Of a stretch of DNA of 64,000 nucleotides, positions 42,331-56,688 are shown piece by piece (the stretch's first letter is position 1; the number at the start of each line of letters is the position of its first letter). The notes under the pieces are model-generated. The model made no database searches. It had not been told where the DNA came from and worked only from the letters and a program-made list of their open reading frames with translations. The position numbers and the translations under genes are program-made. Origin of the DNA: Chrysomallon squamiferum (lineage: Eukaryota; Animalia; Mollusca); contig CM022665.1 of NCBI GenBank assembly GCA_012295275.1, forward strand, positions 2,294,001-2,358,000, written 5' to 3'.

Positions 42331-45145
42331 AAAAAATGAAGTACATTTTGTTTTTCAAATCTTTTTTTGCAGCAATGTAATTTTGTTTAATTATTATGTT
42401 TATATATTTAATCAGTAAAATATTGCATTAAAATACACAATATATTCTGTTTCCAATAACTAATGTTAATTAATTTACCTTTTTAACCATAGCTAGTTTT
42501 TCACATTTTCAACTGAGACCCCAGAATACAATTCCTCAATTTACTCTGCCATGATAAAATAGTCTGTATTAGTTTTCAGAATATAAAACAAATTTACCTG
42601 TTCTCTCTTCTCATCTGCTTGCTGCTGCTTCAGTGCTAACATTTCAGGTGTGAGTTTTGGCATATTCAGTGGTTCAAGTTTCTGAAACACACACACATAC
42701 ATAAAATAATTATTAAACTTTATTTCAACACTGTCACCATTGAAGCAAAAAACCTACCCAAACTGAGTACTTGAATGCTCGCTGTCTGACAATATTTGGA
42801 AATTTAATCACATAAAACAGCTTTTGCTTTTTTTTTTATCTGCATTTACTATCATAATCAAAAGCTGTATATCCATTAAAACAGCACTTCATGCCACACA
42901 AGACAAAATGAAATTTTTTTAAAAATATATCAAACCAGATAACAGAATTTGCCTGCAAATTTTGTCTATTTTATTTGTGTCAGATATTAAATGATGATTA
43001 ATTGTCTGACATTTAATGATAAATTCAAATTTATTTTTTATAATTCAAAAAGGTTCTTCATTTACTTCTTTAATTGTGTTGCATTAACACTTACTTTCAG
43101 TCTTGGAGGATGTTTGGCAATGAGATTAACTGTAGGTCGTTCATCAAGGCATACTTCAAAAGCAATGCTTCTGGGAACTAAACAGAAACAGAAATCATGT
43201 AATTAATTAAACTATATATCAATTACATACAAATTTCAAATTCCCTAACTTACATGTAAACTATTATATTCAAAAAAAAAAAATTAATAATAATAAAAAG
43301 ATAAGTCATTTTTATAGTTGTAATTGATGTCACCATTGTTGGACTATATTTACCAACATAATATGGACAAAAATATTATATAAATCCTTCAATTACAATT
43401 TATAAAACTGAAAAATGCTAATACTAAACATGTTGATGTGTTACCAAAGAATTGTTCACATACGTGAACATTTCTTATAGATAGATATATATATATATAT
43501 ATATAAAAATGCAGCAATAGCATATTCATAACAAAATTAGTTATGTCCCACTACAACCACTGACAATGATTTTCTTATCAAACATCACAAGTATCTACTT
43601 TCCTGTCTATGAAAGGTATATGTAACAAATCACTTATTGCTAATAAAGAAAAATACAAAATATAACGAATGTTAACATTGATTTATGATAAGGCATCCTT
43701 AGCCTGGTGTTTATTCATTATTATGACTACATCATAGAGACAGAACAGGAAATCAACATACGGATCCAGTTAAGCAGATCAGCTGCTTCCTCGACAGAGT
43801 ATTAGGAAAATATTACATTGCTTAGGTGTCTGTTGATGTTATGTGGTGTATAAAGGCAGTAGTGCATAGACTATTTATCTGCATATTTGATTAGCAGTCA
43901 TCTCGATTACCAACAATGGCAACCAAAGAGATAATGGGTTGTTTAAACCTTACAGACTGTTCTCAAGCAAAGGAAAAGCATTGTACAAAACTTTCGTCAA
44001 GTACATTGATTTGTGAAAGTAAATTGCACTGAAACTGCCGGAACATCTATAAATAATGTATGGTGCCAGAAGTGGTTAGCATTAATAATTACTGATGATG
44101 GCTTTATATTAGCCAGATCAAAAGAATTGAAAATGCTCACTTGAGTTTCAACATTTTAATACAAATAAATGGAAAACGTGGTAATCAATAGGGAAATTAT
44201 TTTATTACTAATATTTTGAATATTCCTTTTTTAAATATTGATTTACTTATTTCATATGGTATAAAAAGCATGAAAAATATGATTTCTTGCTTCAAAAAAA
44301 TAAATAAATACTTTTTTTTTCAATAAAGTAAAACTGAAGGTATATTAAAAAATGGACTCATTTATTATGATTATAATTTTACAACTGTGTCATGGAGAAA
44401 ATTTAGTTTAAAAAATTATTTAAAAAAAAAATAATAATAATAATAATAAGATAAATATCTCTATCAAATGCCAGGTCCTTCCAATTATTAATTTAGGGAA
44501 GGGTGATCAAATTAAACATTTTTATATATTTTTACACATCCAAATTGTTTATTCTGTTTCAGTTGACCAATTTTAGATAAAAATAAACTACAACAATAAA
44601 ATAACAAGCTAAAATCATTACATGTATAAAACTACCTAGATCACTGCAAAATATCCTCTTTTATACATTTTTAAATAAAACTTTTAACTTCATTATAAAA
44701 TGGAAAATTAACCATACATGCATCATCATTATTATAACAAATTTTAGCTGAGAGAAACAAATAAAACAGTCAGAAGGCCACATCCAAATTTTACTATGGC
44801 TATTTTTTTGAATTCCCAAAAGAACACTTTAAATTCATTTTAATTTTCAAAATTTATTAAAATGTGAAATCATTTACCAAAACATTTTTAAAATAGAAGA
44901 AAATTTCAAATTACTTACATGAAATCAAAAGGAAAGTTAAAGAGAAAGCATTTGCTTTTACCTTTGTTGTTAGATGTTATATTGTTGGATGATATATCTT
45001 GACTGTTTCCATTACTGTCAGTAATAGTGTTTTGTTCCTTGCTTTTTCTGGGAGTTCCATTCATTATGTGGCCATTTATATTTTCTTTCTGTAAATCTGC
45101 TTGCTCTTCAGAGCTAATCCCAACTGAAGAAGATCCACAGCCCAT
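40640..45145 (-). CDS. Stathmin-domain-containing protein (STMND1-like), ~271 aa, N-terminal MGCGSS acylation motif
   Basis: Exons 45145-44962, 43177-43095 (SIAFEVCLDE..IAKHPPRLK), 42681-42598 (KLEP..LTPEMLALKQQQADEKRE), 42136-42026, 41507-41400 (LRLAEIKREAKLEEIKEKQR), 41096-41021, 40809-40640 (..DDDFFDS*); 816 nt in frame. AFEV..PP..LT..L..K...A..R followed by a coiled coil is the stathmin-like domain. 5'UTR acceptor near 45314; non-coding exon 1 donor GTAAGT at 46100. Confidence 0.8.
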
Positions 45146-45688
45146 TTCAAACGTTTATGATTCAGCTATAAAGTGTCAGAGTAACATATACATACAAATA
45201 GCAGTAGTTAGGTGATTTTACATGTTGCTCAGTGTTGATGTCTTATTAAAAATCTGTCTTGATCTCTTGATATTTCAACAACTGAATTTAAAGGAATCTT
45301 GGGAAGTTCTCTGGCTGAATAAAAAATAACAAGACAATACATTTAAACTGCTTTTATAATGAAAATATTAATTTTAAAGTATTATTTGATAAGAAATATG
45401 AGAAAATAAGCTGAAATATTTTCACATCTGATATATCCATGTATTATGAACACATTACCACAATAAGTTTATGTTATTTAGTGGTTTATTAACTAACAGA
45501 GTGCTAGACAGATGATATTATCATATACATAATACACACAAACTCTTTGTAATGACAGACCAAACTTTTTGTCAGTTTATTTTGATTTGTTTTAATTATT
45601 ATTTAGTTTAGTACATAAAAAATAAATAAAATCAATAATCACTAATTTCATATTAGTTTGTATTTATTCCATTTAAATAAATATTTGT

Positions 45689-45744
<56 letters not shown>

Positions 45745-46152
45745 TTCGTTGATCTCATTTTTAAAAATAAGTTTTTCATTTATTGATTATCAAATAAGAA
45801 ATACAACCAGCTTTGAACAACTCGTACTACAGTTCAGTATATTGCATTATTTGGATTTCTTTACTGTGCGAAATATATTAGTCTAACTATAACACAGTAT
45901 ATTTTAATCATGAACATGTAACAGAAATTTGAACTACGATAATGATTCGTATAACAAACTTCATTTGTATTGATTTTTCAAAAGTGATTAACTTCTGATA
46001 TAATAATTTAATTACTTTATATTTAATATTTACCCATTCCTCAATTTTTTAAAAATTTTTCGTGTTTTTTTTTTCTCAGTAAGACATATAATTTACTTAC
46101 TCATTACTTCAATTTTGTGGCCACAGCTGAAAAGGAATGCCACAAAACGTAG

Positions 46153-46200
46153 ACGGGTACCCGTGACGTCATGGAGTTTCTCAGCGACAAGTAAATAACA
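46153..46200 (-). promoter_or_regulatory. Promoter of the stathmin-domain gene: CRE, X-box-like and forkhead-like motifs
   Basis: Palindrome ACGGGTACCCGT at 46153-46164, TGACGTCA at 46164-46171, GTTTCTCAGCGAC at 46176-46188 (RFX X-box-like), GTAAATA at 46191-46197 (forkhead-like), all just upstream of the exon-1 donor. Confidence 0.5.
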
Positions 46201-47891
46201 AGTCGCCTGGCTGTCGCTAGCTAATATGTAACAAAAAATATTAATTGTCTGTTGTATATAGCGCCTTTTTGCCCCAGCGGTCACAGTTACTTCGATTACT
46301 ATTATATTATTAATATGAATAAATTAAAATAAAGTACTTGTCGACTGTTTTATTGAAATGGCTTTGCTAGCTTGCTTTAAAAACAATTTAAATATTTTAA
46401 GATCTTCTGTTTAAAAAAATAACATTCTGTTTCAGTTACACAAACATAACTAAAACCACAATTTGCCAACTAGTGCATGGACATTGTAGATTTAGAAATG
46501 GTTACAATATATCCTGTAGAAGAATTAATAAAATCATTTGTCTGTATTAACAACACCATTAATTGAGAATTTAATGCCCGTTACATAAATAACAAAAAAC
46601 CCCAGTTTTATTTAACCGTTCTTGTCTTGGGTTGCGAGCTTGTCCAATGAGCGAAAAGTGAGGGCAAGACTGCTGACACCACGATTACATAACTACGCAC
46701 CGCGTGGCCGTATAGCCACGTAAGGGTGCAATTTTTGGAACCTTCCTCAAAAGGAAAGGAAACTGAGTTTCATATTAATCGGAAAAAAATAGTATTTTTA
46801 TAAGCAGGTGTGCCCTTTAAAATTTTAAGGAATTATGTTTTTAATTGTTGTTTAATTATTACAAACGAAGTCTTTGTTAATTACGAAAGACGTATAATTG
46901 TACCATGTACTAATGCGATATTCGACTGTTTGGCAACCAGTGGGAAAAAAAAAAGGGATGATTAAGTATTGGATATAATATGTTACCCCATTTATATACA
47001 GAGAACAGTAATCAACGAGATAGAGTGAAATGTTCCTACGTTGAACATGCTGGTGATTCTTGGGGTTTTTTTTTTTTTTTTTCAAGTTATCCGTTATTTG
47101 ATTAGTTGACAACACCAGCTAAAATGACTTCTATACTGAAATTGTTATAATACCATAAAAATCAAGGTTTAAAGAGAGAAAGTAACAATACCATAATGCT
47201 AGCTTGTATGGTGCACCACATATCTGAATAATAATAAATAAATAAATAATAACATATTACATAACCAACATAGAACAACTATCATGGCTTTATACACGCT
47301 TCTTGTTTTATCTTCTACTCGACAAGTTCAGTAATTGTTTATGACAAAAGGATGGGTGTTTTTGCTAGAGGAAACGGCAGATTTTGGTGATTAACTATAA
47401 ATTAACTGTTTATATTGTAAGACTATATATCAATATGTATTGATCTCCACATTGCTGTTATCCCTTGCTAACTCTAGTTAATAATAGTAGGCCAATATAT
47501 AGTCCTTTCAGATTTATTGTGAAAGTCTTTTGATATGACTTGTTAAGTGTATTAATAAAATATTTTCATTTTTAAGGTAGCTTAAATAAAATTAGTAAGC
47601 AGAAGACTATATCTTTTTATGAACAAAAATGTAAATCTTGATTTGTAAAGAACCTAAACAAACTATTCATTAATTTAATATATGACTATCACCTGTTGTC
47701 AATTATATTATATGTTCAGCACAGCTATTAATTTTTAAAAATACTGGATTAAATGAACATTAATTAAATTGTTTGTTTACGCCAGCACAGACAATTGGCT
47801 ATTGTGTGTCATAGAAAGATAAATAAAATGGTTATTTTAAAAGTCGGTGTAAATAACTGACTTACAACACACACACACACACGTATGTACA

Positions 47892-47930
<39 letters not shown>

Positions 47931-49837
47931 GCAATAATAAAGTCACTGACAACTATAAAGCTGTTATAAAGAATTATTAAGTACCATTTATCATCTTTTA
48001 AACAGAAAATCATTTGGCTACATTATTTATATTTCCAGTTTTAAACTGTGAGTACAAGTTTAATATTTAATTTTATTCGTGCAACATATACCTGTCTGAC
48101 TTTCCACATCTTAATAACAAAATATATTTTGTGTCTGTATATTGAAAATATTTATCAAATGTCATAATTAAAAAGAAATACCTCTATATACATTCTCAGC
48201 CTAATGATGATCTGTTTCAAAAATGAGATTCTTACAGTTGTGATTATATACTTCAGTTGGTTCTGTATGTCTGTGTGATAAATATAAAAACTGTAAAACA
48301 TAATGTTCTGTGTATTTAAATTATCCAGTAAATTGTAACTAAACATAATATATTAGTTTTTCATACATGTATATAGTCTATAAAACAAGCTTTTATTGTT
48401 AAAAACAAAAATTATCTTTCTAAAATTAAACATAAGATATGATAACATATTAAATTCAGTGTACTAACACCAAGGACATTTGAATTAATAAAATGAAATA
48501 ATGACACAAGGTAATGTCTTCCCTTCTGTAGTAAACATGATTCCAAATTATCTTAACACATTTCCAACAAAATCAAATCAACTAATAAATAATTATGGAC
48601 AAACTGTTGTTCTCAGTTGATAGTGTGCACACAGAATTATATGACACATCTAAATCTTTGTTAAGTGTAATGAAGTTTTCTGATCTGCAATCATAATTTG
48701 ATGCAGGTTGATCACCACTAATCTGGTTCCATCAGTAATCTGGCAGAAGGTTTGGCTAACCTTATTTCAAATTTCCTGGATTACCATATGAACTTATTGC
48801 TAATCTTTAATGATAGTTCTTACTGCTTGAATACTGATGACATCATTTGCAAACAAGGCAAGCCATTTCAGTTTTTATTTCTCCATTTATTGTTATAATC
48901 TGCTAAATTTTATCTATGGTTTCAATGAATAAATGAACTGCTTTTGTTTGTGCAAAGCTCAAATACAGTACATTGTGTTTAAAAAATAAGGCTTAATTTG
49001 TGAAAAAAATCTTGTTAGTGGTATTTAGTGGTTTTCAAAGGAAGGATGAGGTGATAAGTTGTTAATTAAGTATATCCAGCAAAGTCACTAATCTGACAAT
49101 GATGCTGGTATACTGATGGTCAACCTATATACCATGTTTTCTTGTGGTTTGTTTAACTGGGATGAAAAGTTTACTTCATTTATTCTGTATAGTTACGGAA
49201 AGCATCTGTGATTAAATGTGCAAGAAAAATAACATTTTAAACTAGTTCAGACAATTAATGAGCTATCATAGAAATTATACTATGTAAAAATCTTGTCTGT
49301 TTCTTAACATTTCATTTTATTTCACTCTGAAGATTATTTACATTAAAATAACTGTAACTATTTTCAAAATGTAAACTCTTTACCATGTATTTAAAATATA
49401 AAATAAACATTCTGTATTACAGTTCCAAAACGCAAGTATTGATAAATTTTCTATTAGGAAAAAAAAAGATATTATTTTAAAATTATTATTTGATTTGATT
49501 TTATACTTCAGTACTATTTGACAAGAAAAATAAAAACTGTGAAGTAGCTGATAGCATTCTTCTTATTCCTCCAGCCACAAACATTGAAATAAAATGACAA
49601 GATCAAAAATATAATAATTTAAATCTTTGAAAAATATTTCAAAAACAAAAATGCTAAAACATTATCATGCATCTATTAAAAATTTTATATGCAGAATGAC
49701 TGTTTTCAAATAAAAAGATAGATCTGAAAACACATATATAAAAAATAAAATTATTTTGTATAAAACTGCAGCTAATTTATAAGGTTAAATCATAGTAATC
49801 TGAAAAAAACTGATATTGTTATTCAGTGTATTGGCAA

Positions 49838-51326
49838 CTAGATCAAACATCGCAACACATTCTACTGCAACATGTGCCTTTGACCAAGTCCAGAATGCAT
49901 CTTTGTAAATTTTACTTTGATTTTACTTTGTTGCTTAATAGTTTCAATTTTTCCATTGTGTCACCAATTCTTCATCTTCGTATCATAATTATGTGAACAA
50001 TTTTCCTGCAAACTATTTTGTTTTAAAAAAATATCTAATTTAATTTTGTCAGTGTCCAATTTCTTCAGGTTCTTTTCCTGTTCTCTTCTTTGCAACAAAT
50101 CCTTTACTTGCTTCTTTGTTTGCTTCTTGAGCAATTAAATTCTCAGATCTTTAGGCACTTACTCCTCATCTCTATTTCTGCCCCCCAAAATACAACTTTT
50201 CCTTAATGTATCTTCTTTTCTGTCACTTTCAAGTCAATGCAAATACTCATCAGTTGCATTCTCATTTGCTCTCATGAGACAAGTCAAGAAACACAGAGTG
50301 GCAATGTGGGTCTTTTGCTTTGCTGTTGAGAATATGCCCATAGTCCCCTCAAAGTCTCCCCCATTAACTTGTCACTGCAATCTCATGTGAAATATTTTGT
50401 ATACAGTTATTCCAGTACTTCAGAGTAACACACAGTGGACAAACGCATTTTTTTCATTCTGCTGATCATTATGGGGTGCTGGGAACTGTTTACATTTGAG
50501 CAAGATAGTATCATCAGTCTTTTATAATTTGTCCCCAGAATGGTCCAAAAATAAAATGTCAGCATGTTCTGCAGGTGTTGTATTCTTTTTTCTAATCTGA
50601 TGTGATCCCCTCATCTATTTGGAGTTGTAGAATTGTGTCATCCATGGATCTGTAAGGTGTTTTCCTTCTTTGTTCGTTTTAATAATCACTTTATCAATTT
50701 ACCATAAAGTTTTTTCTTCCTTCTTACAGGTTATTGTTTTTATTTCATTTTTAGTAGAACTAGCTGAGGAAACAATGGAGTCAAGCAGATGAAACTGACA
50801 GTTGTGTTCATTCACTCACAGTGGAAATGTTGATAATTTTTGTGCAGTTGTCCTGAAAATTTTCTTCATGGAAATATGCACAGATAACATACAAGGTGTT
50901 AACAGTCTCAGTGATGTGAACTGCATAGTATGTATCCATTTTTGCAGCAGCACGGAGAGACTCAGTCATGAAATAGTCACACTTGATGTGTACACCATCT
51001 TGGGTTGTCACATTGAAACCTATTGTTACATTTTTGTTTGTGAGGATGAACTAGGCTGCCTGATGATCACACAAAGCCCCAAGTTCCCTTGCATTCAATT
51101 CCATAATGTTCTCATGTGGAACAGCATCTTCATTCCCCAAAGGTCTGGAAAAGATGGGGTAGACTATTTGCTGCTGGTACTACAGTCAAATATTTTCTGA
51201 ATCTGCCATTTCGAATGATGGTATTGGGTTCAGTGCTCCAGGCAGCAAACATCTTTGGAGGTACTCTCTTGTTATACAAATGGAAAATTGGGACCATTCC
51301 TCAGTTCAGCATCTGTATCTTGGAAA
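49838..51326 (-). mobile_element. Decayed DDE-type DNA transposase (CxxH class: hAT/P/Mutator/Kolobok group)
   Basis: Broken minus-strand frames in transposase order: VPHENIMELNARELGALCDHQAA*FILTNKNVTIGFNVTTQDGVHIK (putative first catalytic D now N), NCQFHLLDSIVSS (CxxH), GKHLTDPWMTQFY, DFEGTMGIFSTAKQKTHIATLCFLTCLMRANEN (putative E region), a K/E-rich coiled coil, NGKIETIK, DAFWTWSKAHVAVEC..DL. Multiple stops and deletions; splice-acceptor-like TTTTTTGACAG at ~51327. Confidence 0.65.
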
Positions 51327-51348
51327 CTGTCAAAAAAAAATGTATTTC

Positions 51349-51409
<61 letters not shown>

Positions 51410-52049
51410 AATAACAAAAGAATGTGGGTTTTGTGTAACTACGTGAGCATACGTTATCAGCCAACAATGTGGTCACATGACTACATTATTTCGAAATTGG
51501 GGTTATCAAAATTATTCAAGATTAACATAAATCATTTAAAATAAATAAATAAATAAATTCCACTCAACTATATATAATAGTAAAATGATTAATTAAATCT
51601 TATTTATTAGTATTTGAAACACGGAAAACGGTTGCAAAAAGGTTTTCTGACTACGTTTACTCCAATCATTAATCTGATTTTATCACGTCCGTCAAAGGCC
51701 TATTTATGATGCTGCATTGTCACATCACCGTGTGCTTGGTGGCTGCGACAGATTTATATCCTATAGCTTTATGAAGCTTTTGCCTGTTTTTTTTTTTTTT
51801 TTTGTTGTGTGTGTGCGGGTTAATAAAATAAAATATTTAATTCGTATTTGGAATTGAATCCTAAATATTCCAAAGTTTACGGTAATACCAATAGTTCGCA
51901 CGCTCGCCAAATTTAAAAATGAAATAACATTTCAAATATACAGAAGGTGGCAGATAAGGGTCGAATTCATGTAAACATCTGCCTTCCGTCAAGGTCTGGC
52001 AGGCCCTGTGTAGCTTTTAGCATTTATTAAATATTTGTTTTTTTTTTCG

Positions 52050-52104
<55 letters not shown>

Positions 52105-52520
52105 TTTTTTTTTATTTTTATTTTTATTTTTTTTAAATTTTGACTTTCCGGTAATTCTGCAGTTTAGCAGAAACTGTTCTCAACATTTTTTCTATAATTT
52201 TATGTTTTACTGTTAGTGCAGATACCTCAATTACAACATGGCCATATAAAATTGAAGAAAAAAAAATTAAAAAAAAAAAAAATTATCAAAATATAGTTTC
52301 TCGTTATATTTTTGTTACACTCGAGATTTAATTAACCTGATTATGAATGGGTCAATCCTAAAAAATAAAATAAACAGATTTTAAAAAAATCAAAATCAAT
52401 TCTGCAATATGCAGTTATCATACGTCTAATGTTTTCTGTATCTAAGGGAACCGTCCGAACTCACCAAGTGCATTACAAATGAAGGAAATTCATTTGCGGC
52501 TGTTTGTTTTGTTTAATGAG

Positions 52521-52592
52521 TCCATTTCCCAGCTTGCTATTGCTTTGTATGTTTCCGGTCTTTTCAGCCATTTTGGCATTACACAAGCACGT
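52521..52592 (+). promoter_or_regulatory. FAU ribosomal-protein-type promoter and 5'TOP non-coding exon 1
   Basis: ZNF143-like TTCCCAGC near 52526, ETS/GABP TTCCGG at 52553, pyrimidine initiator TCTTTTC at 52559-52565, YY1 GCCATTTT at 52567, donor GTAAGT at 52593. Confidence 0.75.
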
Positions 52593-53097
52593 GTAAGTTC
52601 TTTCTGGTGTATAAAAAGACGTATAATAGCTTTTTTGCGCATTTTCAAGACGTTATAAATGTAAATTCAAATACGGTATTACTATTTTTTTAATTGAAAA
52701 AGGTATAAATACAGCCTAATCAATATACTAAATTTAAGGTTATGAGTTGAAGTTTTTATTTCCAGGTGACTAAGTTATCAAGTAATTATGTTTAACATAC
52801 GGAATTTAGGGTAATCTTGCACTTAGTCATAAAATTTCCTGAATATTTTGCTACGGTTTTGTTCTGCAAGCTGAAATATAAAAGCATGTTGGGTAAAACA
52901 AGCAGTTTAGAAAAATGTTAGAAAGCGTAGACACAAATTGCTAGATGACTAAATTGTGCAATAAAGTAAACCGTTTGATTAATTAATTTTGATTTGTGCG
53001 CAATGTCATTTAAAAATAATAACAATAATCAATAAATAATAATAAATAAATAAAAGGTCATAATTTACTTTGTTTCAAAATTTTAGATCGGCTAAAG

Positions 53098-55735
<2,638 letters not shown>

Positions 55736-56158
55736 ATTCTTTGGAAATTAACTGCAGAAATAAAAATTTAAAAAACGCGTCTATTTTGTTCTACAGTACA
55801 ATATACATTTTTTTTTTTTATAAATTATTTGTTTCCAGTGAATAATGACTCAAATCTGATTTAAAAACAACAAATATTTAAAGTTAAAAACGTAATTTTT
55901 TGATGTAATAAAATTGTAAATGATAGAAAAACATTCACTTCTATAACTGGACAGAAATTTACTTTCTAGAGTAAAATGTTGGTTTAACTGTTTTGAAAAT
56001 GCAGCAAAACTAAATTTGCAAAAAAAAGTTTAATATCTATTACTCTTTTGAGATAGTGTGTGTGTATATTAATGAATTATTTTTCTGCACACAAATGTAT
56101 TCTTTTCATTAATAATGCATGAGATTCATCAGATCTTAAATGTGAAATAATTCTTTAA

Positions 56159-56688
56159 GGGGACATGCTAGGTGAAAAATGACGTGACTGTTTTTTCAGA
56201 TAAAGGTTTCATTTGTTTTGCAAAAGGAAATGGATATACCTAGATAACATAATGCGTAACCTCACCCCTATAGCCATGATTGAAATGTGGTTTATGAAAC
56301 TTTTTATCATGCATCTTGTTTTGTACTATCCTAACAGTTTCGAAATATTTATATTTAAATACAAAAAGACAAAAACATTTTGGAAAAATTATTTCTTCTG
56401 AATTGTGTAAACAAAGACTAATTTCGTTGTTATTTTGTAGAAATTCATATCTTATAAAGAACCCCAGCAGTTTGATACATATATATGTGTGTGTGTTTTT
56501 TTATATATATATATATATATATTTGGCTTGGGTTGGAGAGGTTCGTGAAATGGAGTACTGTAATAAAAAATTAAAAGTAACCATTTATCATAAAAACAAA
56601 AACGTTTACTAGATTTTTATGGTAACAAAAGGAGATTATTTCCATCCAGTTCCAATTCTGTAACACCATTATTTTCACACATGTCCCC
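56159..56688. mobile_element. ~530-bp MITE with TTAA target-site duplication (Kolobok-like termini)
   Basis: TTAA (56155-56158) | GGGGACATGctagGTGAAAAATG ... CATTATTTTCACaCATGTCCCC | TTAA (56689-56692). Inverted termini begin with purines (Kolobok-type RR..YY, not piggyBac CC..GG). No coding capacity. Confidence 0.8.

Noticed and set aside
50802-51200. 132-aa plus-strand ORF
   Set aside because: Antisense shadow of the decayed transposase on the minus strand.
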